64,000 bases of DNA from the human T2T-CHM13v2.0 reference genome, Homo sapiens. The notes under the pieces are model-generated. The model made no database searches, had not been told where the DNA came from, and worked only from the letters and a program-made list of their open reading frames with translations. Made by a program: the position numbers and the translations under genes. Shown here one piece after another: positions 1 to 10,380 of this stretch (positions within the stretch are counted from its first letter, which is position 1; each line of letters starts with the position of its first letter). The stretch lies in NCBI RefSeq assembly GCF_009914755.1, contig NC_060928.1; one strand, written 5' to 3'.

Positions 1-2057
1 TTAAGTTTCTAGAGCATACCTCACAAAGCCCATACCTGTTTTTTAACTACATTGTGTAATAATTTTATAAAAAATGGTTTAATGCTATCATTTTTACTGC
101 TTTTATTATGATGCTTTATAATTTATCGGCTGTGTGAATAAGTAGCCTTTAAACGATGATTTGTTGTTTTCCATAGAAGTGAGCTTATTATTGATTCATG
201 ACTTTCCATGAGAAAGATGAAAATTGATCTGATCTGATTATAACATAACTTGCAAAATCACCAAATAATCTCTTTACATATTAGCGCTTTATAAAATCAA
301 ATACTTCATTTATGCTTGGGGAGAAGTGGAGGAAGTCCACAGAATTGGTATAGATGACTTTTAAAAGTTCTGATTGAGTCTGGTCAATACAAATCATACT
401 TTTTTTTCCTTTAAGTGTGCTATATTATCTCAAATCATAATAGCATGCATTAGTACAGTAGTTTCTGGCAACTTACATTGATTATATTTGTATTATAGAA
501 ACTTTACTACTAATAATAAACATCTTTATAGCTCTTAACATTTTTTGGAGGAGTTTACTGTAATACATATTGTTTTATTATCACATAACATAATCTATAG
601 GTGCTATCATTAATATTACAGAGATATGGAGACTCAAGTTTATACTGTTTAAGCACATAATTGTACAGTACATATCCTATTAGCAGAAGATCCACAAATG
701 AAACATGAAATGTTTTGCTGAAAGTTTATTGTGCTTTCTACTAGAGCAGAAGGCCTTAGATTATTTGTCTTGTCTGAAACCATTTATAAACTATCATGCT
801 AGTCATAATAACAGGAAATTCATATTCCTTGGCAATTTTGAAAGAGAGAATGATAACTTCAGATTTGAGACAGTACATATTAAGCAGTCTAATATTTTAT
901 AAGTATATATAAAATGGAAATGAAGCTCTAGAAATGATTGGACCTAATGATACACCTTTTAGGTGATGCTGTAATTAATGTATTATTTCACTCTCAAGAG
1001 TATCAAAGGCATAGGGAGATGAAAAATAAAGGTTTAGGAATAGGAACACTTATATGAAACAAAATCAGGAAAGAATTTTGGAAAATAGTCATTAGAGTAT
1101 AAACACAGTCCAGTCTTGGAGGTTTCTTTTTAATGAATTTGGACAACTTGAAAAAACATACACTTGGTAATGTACTAGCGTCTATTTTTAATAGTTAACT
1201 GGAAAAGTTTAATGAGAATTCAGATATACTGTATTTTACTATGCGAACTAAACTAAGTAAAATCATAAAATATATAAACCTATCTTTTCCTATTATGTAT
1301 ACTGATGTTTAAAATGCTAATTAGTATTCTTCTACAGTGAGAAGACAATTTCATTGCACATCATGTTACGTTTATTCCTGTGTATGTTGTTTCCTCTATC
1401 TACTGATATTTACAGAATTCTTAGGTTTTTTTTTAATATTAACACCTCCTAAATTATGATCTTCCACAAGCATAGTCCACATGCATAGAAGCACATATTA
1501 ATAACTTCTTAATCAACTATCACACATCTACTATTGACTGTACAATAAAATCTAACCCACATGGATATTGACCCATACTGTAAATCACAGTGCATACATT
1601 CGTTCATCGGACATAGCACATTTCAGTCAAGAAATCCCTCGTCAACATGTATATCCCCTATCAAATTTTGCTCTCTTAATCTACCAACCACTGAGAAATC
1701 ATCATCCCTCTCAGGAGTGGCACCCTCCTGGTTCCAGGCCCATGACACTTGGGGGTGACTATACTGAAACCATACCTGGCATCTGGTTCTTACTTCAGGG
1801 CCATAGAATTAAGATCGCCCACACGTTCCCCTTAAATAAGACATTTCCATGGACTAATGACTACCACCCTATTAACCAGTCACAGGAGCACTGTCATGTC
1901 ATGCATTTGGTACTTTTAACTTTGGGGGATGCTATCACTCACCTGGTCCCTGCCGAATCCGCAGTAGAGGAACTCGGATTTGATTCCTGCCAAATCAATT
2001 GTAGAAGCTAACCTTATATTCATATTCCAGGCTGGCATTATAACCAGAAGGTGTTAC

Positions 2058-2082
2058 TTAATTCATGCTTGAAGGACATAAC
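2058..2082 (+). promoter_or_regulatory. CSB1-like block (NUMT copy)
   Basis: ttaattcatgcttgaaggacataac versus human ttaattaatgcttgtaggacataat. Confidence 0.85.
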
Positions 2083-2100
2083 AATTAATAGACACGCAAG

Positions 2101-2244
2101 CCCGTACCGACGCTCACGCCCGTACCGACGCTCACGCCCGTACCGACGCTCACGCCCGTACCGACGCTCACGCCCGTACCGACGCTCACGCCCGTACCGA
2201 CGCTCACGCCCGTACCGACGCTCACGCCCGTACCGACGCTCACG
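2101..2244. repeat. Perfect minisatellite, 8 x CCCGTACCGACGCTCACG
   Basis: Eight identical 18-bp units read directly, with 4 CpG per unit. Lies between CSB1 and CSB2. Confidence 0.98.
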
Positions 2245-2285
2245 CATGCACTCTGAATTTCAAGAACTATTTCCGATTAAATCTG

Positions 2286-2302
2286 CAATACCCCCTCCCC
2301 GC
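2286..2302 (+). promoter_or_regulatory. CSB2-like block (NUMT copy)
   Basis: caataccccctccccgc versus human caaacccccctcccccgc. Confidence 0.8.
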
Positions 2303-2340
2303 ATCTCTGACTTTACTATCAACCTAGCTAAATGTATCCT

Positions 2341-2359
2341 TGCCAAACCCCAAAAACAA
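2341..2359 (+). promoter_or_regulatory. CSB3 block (NUMT copy)
   Basis: tgccaaaccccaaaaacaa, the canonical CSB3 sequence. Confidence 0.92.
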
Positions 2360-2737
2360 AAGACTAAAATGCAGCACAGTCAGAGCCCAGAAATCATATT
2401 TTAACCATGAACGCCTCAACAGCTACCCCTCGATTGATGTAATTTTTCTAAAAAATCTTAACACCCTCCTACTAAATTAATCCTCCACTTTGTATAATAA
2501 ATATAATAACTAAATTTCTGCCCTAATACTAATATAATACCTTGAGCATATCCCCCGAAAGCATTGCCCCATATATCATCTCCTAAATCAATCATACTCT
2601 TGATTATGAGTGATCTTCTTAGCCAAACCTCTGCCAATTCAACTTTAAAGACCCTGAATTTCCAGAACTGTAAACGACTATTTTTATTTATTTATTTATT
2701 TCTCATATTTTAATATTTACACTTAAGAATTTATGCA

Positions 2738-2808
2738 GTTAATGTAGCTTAATTATTCAAAGCAAGACACTGAAAATGTCTAGATGGATCCGCACAACCC
2801 TATAAACA
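2738..2808 (+). pseudogene. mt-tRNA-Phe(GAA) nuclear pseudogene
   Basis: gttaatgtagctta...gacactgaaaatgtc...tataaaca, anticodon GAA at 2772-2774, positioned between the D-loop and 12S. Confidence 0.93.
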
Positions 2809-3773
2809 GAGAGGTTTGGTCCTGGCCTTTTTACTAGCTCTTAGTAAGATTACACATGTAAGCATCCCTGCCCCAGTGAAAATGCCCTCTAGGTCACCCG
2901 GATCAAAAGGAGCAGGTATCAAGCAAGCATGAATACAGCTCAAAACAACTTTGCTCAACCACACCCCCATGGGAAACGGCAGTGATAAATCTTTAGTAAT
3001 AAACGAAAGTTTAACTAAGCTATACTAATATTTAGGATAGGTCAATTTCGTGCCAGTCACCGCGACCATATGATTAACCCGAGCTGACAGAACTCAGCGT
3101 AAAGAGTGTTTAATTAAGGTCTACCCTCAATAAAGCTAAACTCCAATTGAGTTGTAAAAAACTACAGCTGAAATAAAATATACTACGAAAGTGGCTTTAA
3201 TACCCTGAAGACACAATAGCTAAAACCCAAACTGGGATTAGATACCCCACTATGCTTAGCCCTAAACTCTAATAGTTACATTGAGAAAACCATTCGCCAG
3301 AGTACTACAAGCAACAGCTTAAAACTCAAAGGACTTGGCGGTGCTTTATATCCCTCTAGAGGAGCCTGTTCTATAATTGATAAACCCCGATACAACCACC
3401 TTGCCACCTCTTGCCCGCAGCCTATATACTGCCATCTTCAGCAAACCCTAAAAAAGTTACAGAGTAAGCACAAGTACACATATAAAAACATTAGGTCAAG
3501 GTACAGCCTATGAGGTGGCAAGAAATGGGCTACATTTTCTATATCCGGCAAATCTCACAACAACCTTTATGAAATCTAAGGGCTCAAGGAGGATTTAGTA
3601 GTAAACCAAGCGCAGAGTGCTTGGTTGAATAAGGCCATGAAGCATGCACACACCGCTCATCACCCTCCTCAAATATTACTCTAGAAATCACTATTACTAA
3701 AAACTTTCTATGCACATACAGAGGAGATAAGTTGTAACATGGTAAGCGTACTGGAAAGGGCGCTTGGACAAAC
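2809..3773 (+). pseudogene. Mitochondrial 12S rRNA pseudogene
   Basis: Motifs aggtttggtcctggcctt, aaactgggattagataccccactatgcttagcc and aaactcaaaggacttggcggtgc. 3' end gttgtaacatggtaag shows CpG decay of gtcgtaac. Confidence 0.96.
3510..3572 (+). CDS. MOTS-c-like small ORF, MRWQEMGYIFYIRQISQQPL* (20 aa; expression unknown)
   Basis: Translated by hand from ATG 3510 to TGA 3570-3572. First 11 residues equal MOTS-c (MRWQEMGYIFY). Confidence 0.4.
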   Translation: MRWQEMGYIFYIRQISQQPL

Positions 3774-3842
3774 CAAAGTGTAGCTTAACCCAAAGCATCC
3801 GGCTTACACCTGGAAGATTTCATCATGATCTGTTCACTTTGA
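3774..3842 (+). pseudogene. mt-tRNA-Val(TAC) nuclear pseudogene
   Basis: caaagtgtagcttaacccaaagca...ttacac...cactttga, anticodon TAC at 3805-3807, between 12S and 16S. Confidence 0.93.
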
Positions 3843-4719
3843 GCCAACGCTAGCCCCAAACCTCGCTAAAAATATTATCAAACTATCTTAATCAAACCAT
3901 TTACATTAAACGAAAGTATAGGTGATAGAAATTTTTACCCTGGTGTAGTAGACATAGTACCGTAAAAGAAAGGTGAAAGAACTATATAAAGCACTAAAAA
4001 GCAAAGACAAGCTCTTATACCTTCCGCAAAATGTATTAACTAGAAGTAACTTTACACAGAGGATTATAGCCAAGTCCCCCAAAACCAGATGAGCTACCCA
4101 AGAACAACTGAAGAGTACACCCATCTATGTGGCAAAATAGTTGGGAGATTCATGACTAGCGGTGACAAGCCTACCAAGCCTGGTGATAGTTGGTTGTCCA
4201 ACGTGGAATCTTAGTTCAACTTTAAACTTACCCACAGAATTATTTACTCTCCCTGTAAATTTAGCTGTTAGTCTAAGAGGGACAGCTCTGTAGACCCTAG
4301 GAAACGACGTTCCTACAGAGAGTAAAAAATACTACCACCATAGTTGGCCCAAAAGCAGCCACCAATTAAGAAAGCATTTAAAGCTCAACATCTAACTATC
4401 TTCAATTCTAATCACTCTACTGAACTCCTAACATCATACTGGACTAATCAATTACTTAATAGAACCAATAATGTTAATATAAACATTCTCCATTGCATAC
4501 GTTTACATCAGACTGGAATAACCCACTGACAGTTAACAACCTAATATTAATAAATGATATAATAAGCACCCTATTATTTACACTGTTAACCCAACTAAGG
4601 TATGCTCTAAGGAAAGATTGCAAAAAGTAAGAGGAACATGACAAATCTTACCCCACCTGTTTACCAAAAACATCACCTCTAGCATTACCAGTTTTAGAGT
4701 CACTGCCTGCCCGGTGACA

Positions 4720-4763
4720 TATGTTCAACGGCCATGGTATCCTGACCGTGCAAAGGTAGCATA
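4720..4763 (+). ncRNA. MIR1973: Annotated miR-1973 precursor sequence (16S-derived; authenticity as a miRNA doubtful)
   Basis: tatgttcaacggccatggtatcctgaccgtgcaaaggtagcata matches my recollection of hsa-mir-1973; mature accgtgcaaaggtagcata at 4745-4763. Confidence 0.75.
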
Positions 4764-4795
4764 ATCGCTTGTTCCCTAAATAGGGACTTGTATGA

Positions 4796-4870
4796 ATGGA
4801 CACACAAGGGTTCAGCTGTCTCTTACTTTTAATCAGTGAAATTGACCTATCTGTGAAGAGGCGGATATAA
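4796..4870 (+). CDS. MTRNR2L13: Humanin-like 24-aa ORF [24 protein letters not shown]
   Basis: ATG 4796 to TAA 4868-4870. Homologous to humanin [24 protein letters not shown]. Peptide matches humanin-like 13 from recall. Confidence 0.8.
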   Translation: [24 protein letters not shown]

Positions 4871-7503
4871 ACAAATGAGACTAGAAAACCCTATGGAGCT
4901 TTAATTCATTAATGCAAATAAAAACCCAAACAAGTCTAGAGGCCCTGGCCTACTATCCCTGCATTAAAAATTTTGGTTGGGGTGAGCTCGGAGCATAGTT
5001 CAACCTCCGAACAACCTAAACTAAGACTGCAGTAGTCTAAGCGAGTTAGTACACATTGACCAAATAATTCAATCAACGGAATAAATTACCCTACGGATAA
5101 AAGTATTGACAATAGGGTTTACAACCTCGATGTTGGATGAGGACATCCTAATGGTGTAGCCGCTATTAAGGGTTCGTTTGTTTAACGGTTAAAGTTCTAT
5201 GTGATCTGAGTTCAGACCTGAGTAATCCAGGTCAGTTTCTATCTATATAACATTTATCTTAGTATGAAAGGACAAGAGAAATAGGGCCCACTTCATAAAG
5301 TGCCCTCACTCCATATAGTCTTCCATGCAAAGAAAAATTCATATATTGTCAAAACCACTAAGATTACTAAAAAGTATTTTTCTCAATGTAGACATATGTA
5401 TCAGAAAAACAGAAAAATGTTTACAGATAACATATAAGCAACAAAAATCTAGAAAACTAATCTTATTTATCATATATATATTTCTATATATACATGTAAG
5501 GTAGTTTACATCATGTAAATTACCCTTATTTCAAATTTACATGTACCATGTACATGTACAATACCCTGAAAGAGACTGTCATTAATGCTGGTCATGCCAC
5601 AGCTGTATCATTTCAATGACCAGAAGCTTGCCTGGTCATCATGGAAGTAGTACACTTTTCATGACTTTATGTTATTTCAACTGTTGTTTTATCTCTATGT
5701 TTCTGTATGACATGTCTAGAATGGTACATATGCTCCTAGGGTATGATGTATTTTAAATCAAAACATTTATATAAAATCAATTTTAATTTAGATTTGAATA
5801 GTTTTCTGTTATCTATGACTTGTAGTTATACATGATTTTTTTCTCCCACATTACCCTTGCTATTGAGACTCTCATATTCGATCAATTGTATCAGCACCAT
5901 TTAGTCCTTCCCCACTCTGGAGGTGCAGATTTTAAATATATGCTCAATTATTACATAACTAATAAAATTCATGGTATCATGTGTACCAATTTTTGCAAAA
6001 AGACATTTTGAAAGTAAGTCTATCATTCAAAAGTCATTGAAAACACATTTTAATGTCTAATTATGATAAAAAAATTCACACTTGCATTTGTTTTGAGAAA
6101 TGAATCTGTTATTGTCAGCAATTTAATATGGCATACTGCAAGAAAGTTACTGCTTTCTGACAACACAAAAATTCATAGCTCTCATAAAGAAATGAGTCTG
6201 AAACATGGGAAATTTCCCATGCTAAGCATTTAACTTACAACATAGTCATAAAATTAATAATTATATTCCAATGAAGACAATGGCAAGCTTTTTAAGCTTG
6301 AATGTTGTTAAAAAGGACTATATTGGACAAATTACCATATAGACACTAGAGAATTCTAATATAGACCTGACAAAAATGGACCTTTATTATAATATAGACT
6401 ATAATTTATTACCTAATATTTTTAAGGCAAATTGCTTTTGAAGTTTCCCAGTTCAGAACATTCACATGATTCACTAGAAATGCTTAAGTACATACAGAAC
6501 TTGCCTTTATCCTTAAACTGGGCCAATAATTTCCTCATCATCAAGTGTGTTTGCTTGTGGAACAATGAATGTTACAGGGAGTCCAGTTGATAACACCTGC
6601 CCATTCAAGTCTTTGCTTATGAAAGAACAGGCATTTTCTTCACTCTTCCTAGTCTCTTTACCTTTACACTCATCAGACAAGTCAGTTTAGTATACTCGTT
6701 GATTTTCTTTTCATTTTTTTTCTATTCTTATTCTATTATCTGGATTCCAACAGAGAAGGTCCTGAAAAATATATATTTTTTTATTTTATTACACCAATTT
6801 ATCTGGTTTTGAAGCACAAATATGTATTAACAACAAACTTAGTGAAGAAGGCTTGGAGCTCTTACACATGAACACATACTTTTGATATATTTTAGTTCTG
6901 TTAAAAATGTACATAGCACCTCTCCCACCCCCACACACTGCTTATAAGTATAGTAGAGAAAATGCAGTATTTCCTCAGAAGACGATGGAGAATTTTCCAG
7001 CCTCATTCCCTTTTAGGATACTTACAGTCTGAAAAAGGCATTTCATCCCATCTTGAGCCATTGAGGACAGGTAAAAGTTGGTGTCCAACATTAGACTAAG
7101 TTTCTTTGGTAATGTAAGAACTACGACAAGTCCTTCCTTCTCAATATTTTAGTTTTTGCTTTATTTTTGGTGCTATGCTAATTGGCTACAAGATATTTCT
7201 CACTATCTTAACTTTAAAAAGTGTGAGATTCTTTTTAATTTCCTAGGATATGTAGCCAAAATATTGCAGATAATATTTGGATAATATTGGTAATCAATTT
7301 TAACACACTTGAAATTAAGGAATAATTACAACTACCAAACTGAAAAAGAGCATTGGTTTTAGAAATATTTGTCAAGAAATGAAGAAGCTGGTTATTACTA
7401 TGCAACAACTGAATTTCTTATTTTTAGCATATGAACATGATTAGTCTTTCAGATCTGGCATTTCATTAATTGATCTGATTTTTAGTGAACTGCCATAGTA
7501 GTC

Positions 7504-9752
7504 TAATATGGTTTGGCTGTTTCCCCACCTAAATCTCATATTGAATTCCCATGTGTTGTGGGAGGGACCTGGTGGGAGGTAATTGAATCATGGGGACAGG
7601 TCTTTCCCATGCTGTTCTCATAATAGCAAATAAGTCTCATAAGATCTGATGGTTTTTAAAAGGGGAGTTTCCCAGCACAAGCTCTCTTCTGTTGTCTGCC
7701 TCCATGTAAGATGTGCCTTTTACCTTCTGCCATGATTTTGAGGCCTTCCCAGCCATATGGAACTGTAAGTATAATAAACCTCTTCTTTTGTAAATTGCCC
7801 AGTCTCAGGTATGTCTTTTTCAGCAGTGTGCAAACATACTAATACAGTAAATTGGCACCAGAAGTAGTGCTTTGCTGAAAAGATATGTGAAAAATTGGAA
7901 GTGACTTTGGAACTGGGTAACAGGAAGAGGTTTTGGAGGGCTCAGAAGACAACAGGAAAATGTGGGAAAGTTTGGAACTTCCTAGAGACTTATGGAATGG
8001 CTTTGACAAAAATGCTGACAGTGATGTGAACAATAAGGTCTGGGCAGAGGTGGTCTCAGATGGAGATGAAGAACTTCTTGGGAACTGGGGCAAAGGTGAC
8101 ATTTGTTATGTTTTAGCAAAGAGACTGGTGGCATTTTGCCCCTGCCATAGAGATTTGCAAACTTTGAACTTTACAGAGATGATTTAGAGTATCTGGCGGA
8201 AAACATTTCTAAACAGCAAAGCATTCAACAGGTGACTTAGGTGCCATAAAGGTATTCAGTTATAAAAGGGAAACAGAGCATAAAAGTTTGGAAAATTTGC
8301 AGCCTGACAATGCAATAGAAAAGAAAATTCCATTTTCTGATAAGAAATTCAAGTCAGCTGCAGAAATTTGCGTGAATAATGAGGAGCCAAATGTTAATCC
8401 CCAAGACATTGGGGAAAATGTCTCCAGGGCATGTCAGAGGTCTTCATAGTAGCCCTGCCCATCACACGCCCAGAAGCTTAGAAGGAAAACATGGTTTCAT
8501 GAGCTGGGCACAGGGCCTGCCTGCTCTGTGCTGCCTAGGGACTGGTTATTCTATGTGCCAGCCACTCCAGTCATGGCTAAAAGGGGCCAAAGTACAGCTC
8601 AGACTGTTGCTTCAGAGGGTGGAAGTCCCATGCCTTGGCAGCTTTCACATGGTGTTTAGCCTGCAGGTGCACAGAAGTCAAATATTGAGATTTGGAACCT
8701 CCATGTAGATTTCAGAGGATGTATGGAAATGCCTGAATGGCCAGGCAGAAGTTTGCTGCAGGGGTGGGCCCTCATAGAGAACCTCTGCTAGGGCAGTACA
8801 AAAGGGAAATGTAGGGTTCGATCCCCTACACAGAGTCCCTACTGGGACACTGCCTAGTGGAGCTGTAAGAAGAGGGCCACTGTCCTCCACACCCAAGAAT
8901 GGTAGATCCACCAACAGCTTGCACTGTGTGCCTGGAAAAACCACAGTTACTCAATGCCACCCCATGAAAGCTGCCAGGAGGGCAGCTTTACCCTGCAAAG
9001 CCACAGGGAAAGAGCTGTCCAAGGCCACAGGAAGGCACCTCTTGCATCAGTGTGACCTGGGTGTGAGACATTAAGTCCAAGGAGAGCATTTTGGAGCTTT
9101 AAGATTTGACTGCCCTGCTGGATTTTGGACTTGCATTGGGCCTGTAGTCCCTTCATTTTAGCCCATGTCTTCCATTTGGAGTGGCTATATTTACCTGATG
9201 CCTGTAACCCCATTGTATCTAGGAAAAAACTAACTTGCTTTTGATTTTACAGGCTCATAGGCAGAAGGGACTTGCCTTGTCTCAGATGAGACTTCGGATT
9301 TTGGACTTTTGAGTCAATGCTGAAGTTAGTGAAGACTTTAGGGGACTGTTGGGAAGGCATGATTGGTTTTGAAATGTGAGGACATGAGATTTTGGAGGGG
9401 CCAGGGGCAGAATAATATTGTTTGGCTGCGTCCCCATCCAGATCTCATCTTGAATTCCCATGTGTTCTGAGAGTGATCCAGTGGGAGGTAATTGAATCAT
9501 AGGGGCAGGTTTTTCCCATGCTGTTCTCATGGTCGTGAATAAGTTTCATGAGGTCTGACAGTTTTAAAAAGAGAAGTTTCCCTGCACAACTGTCTTCTCT
9601 TGTCTGCCACCATGTGAGACATGCCTTTCACCTTCTGCCATGATGGTGAGGCCTTCTCAACCACATGGAACTGTAAGTCTAATAAATAAATTTTATAAAT
9701 TGCCCAGTCTCAGGTATGTCTTTTATCAGCAGCATGAAAACAGACTAATACA
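7504..9752 (+). mobile_element. Full-length THE1 (THE1A/B-like) MaLR element: LTR 7504-7846, internal region, LTR 9413-9752
   Basis: Two direct LTRs (..atggtttggctg...actaataca). Internal region starts gtaaattggcacca and ends in a purine tract. Perfect 5-bp TSD TAGTC at 7499-7503 and 9753-9757. Confidence 0.96.
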
Positions 9753-9817
9753 TAGTCTGCTTGATCAACATTATAACATCCACAAGCCTTTTTCTGAGTT
9801 GTAGTTAAGTCAACTAA

Positions 9818-10135
<318 letters not shown>

Positions 10136-10287
10136 TAACAAACAATACCGATTATAAATCAGCATTGACTTTGTGTCACTACTGTATGGAATTAGTTATT
10201 TCTGATTTTCTAGGCTGTGTTCTACCACTCCCAGGAGAAGAGTAGTTTATCTGTTGTGCAAATAGTAGCATATTTTCCCCCTTTCTC

Positions 10288-10380
10288 TTGCTTAGATGTA
10301 ATGATATCAATACATGTCAATATAATACAAGTATTGCTTAGATATGATGACATCAATACATGTCAATACAGTACAAGTTA
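10288..10380. repeat. Imperfect tandem duplication, 2 x ~46 bp
   Basis: ttgcttagatgtaatgatatcaatacatgtcaatataatacaagta repeated with a few substitutions at 10334. Confidence 0.9.

Larger units (their letters stand above)
1477..2737 (+). other. Mitochondrial control region (D-loop) homologue within the NUMT
   Basis: Central-domain motifs catctggttcttacttcaggg and gcccacacgttccccttaaataagacat, followed by CSB1, CSB2 and CSB3, immediately upstream of tRNA-Phe. Confidence 0.95.
1477..5315 (+). pseudogene. NUMT (nuclear mitochondrial DNA segment): control region - tRNA-Phe - 12S - tRNA-Val - 16S (3'-truncated)
   Basis: Colinear similarity to vertebrate mtDNA from HVS1-like tcaactatcacacatc (~1513) to the 16S 3' region gaaaggacaagagaaatagggcccacttcataaagtgccct (~5306). 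Flanked by unrelated nuclear AT-rich DNA. Carries CpG-decay substitutions and deletions in conserved rRNA segments. Confidence 0.98.
3843..5315 (+). pseudogene. Mitochondrial 16S rRNA pseudogene, 3'-truncated with internal deletions
   Basis: Motifs cctgtttaccaaaaacatcacctctagcatt, tgaccgtgcaaaggtagcataatc, cctcgatgttggat and gtgatctgagttcagacc. Short deletions near 4480 and 5100. Ends before tRNA-Leu. Confidence 0.96.

Noticed and set aside
1568-2011. 147-aa ORF
   Set aside because: Lies in the non-coding control-region homologue, starts at TTG, and has no recognisable domain.
2101-2244. CRISPR array
   Set aside because: Units are head-to-tail with no spacers, the context is eukaryotic, and there are no cas genes.
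2038-2404. Protamine/SR-like proteins (PYRRSR)8 on + and (RERRYG)n on -
   Set aside because: These follow trivially from an 18-bp stop-free repeat in a D-loop homologue. The + ORF starts at GTG, and there is no independent sign of coding.
1477-5315. Genuine mitochondrial genome or contaminant contig with functional rRNA/tRNA genes
   Set aside because: Embedded in nuclear flanks, shows CpG decay, has a deletion at the peptidyl-transferase centre, and is truncated at both ends.
5490-5640. TACATGTA palindromes and a small atgaccag/ctggtcat hairpin resembling mitochondrial TAS elements
   Set aside because: No extended mtDNA similarity is visible, and such short motifs are expected by chance in AT-rich DNA.
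7504-9420. Both LTRs of the first THE1 begin TA rather than TG
   Set aside because: A single-base observation. The second THE1 also varies at this position, so it is not distinguishable from decay.
7839-9530. Cluster of ORFs, mirrored at 16235-18473, suggesting a duplicated gene
   Set aside because: All are frames of THE1 LTR or internal sequence, fragmented by stops and frameshifts.
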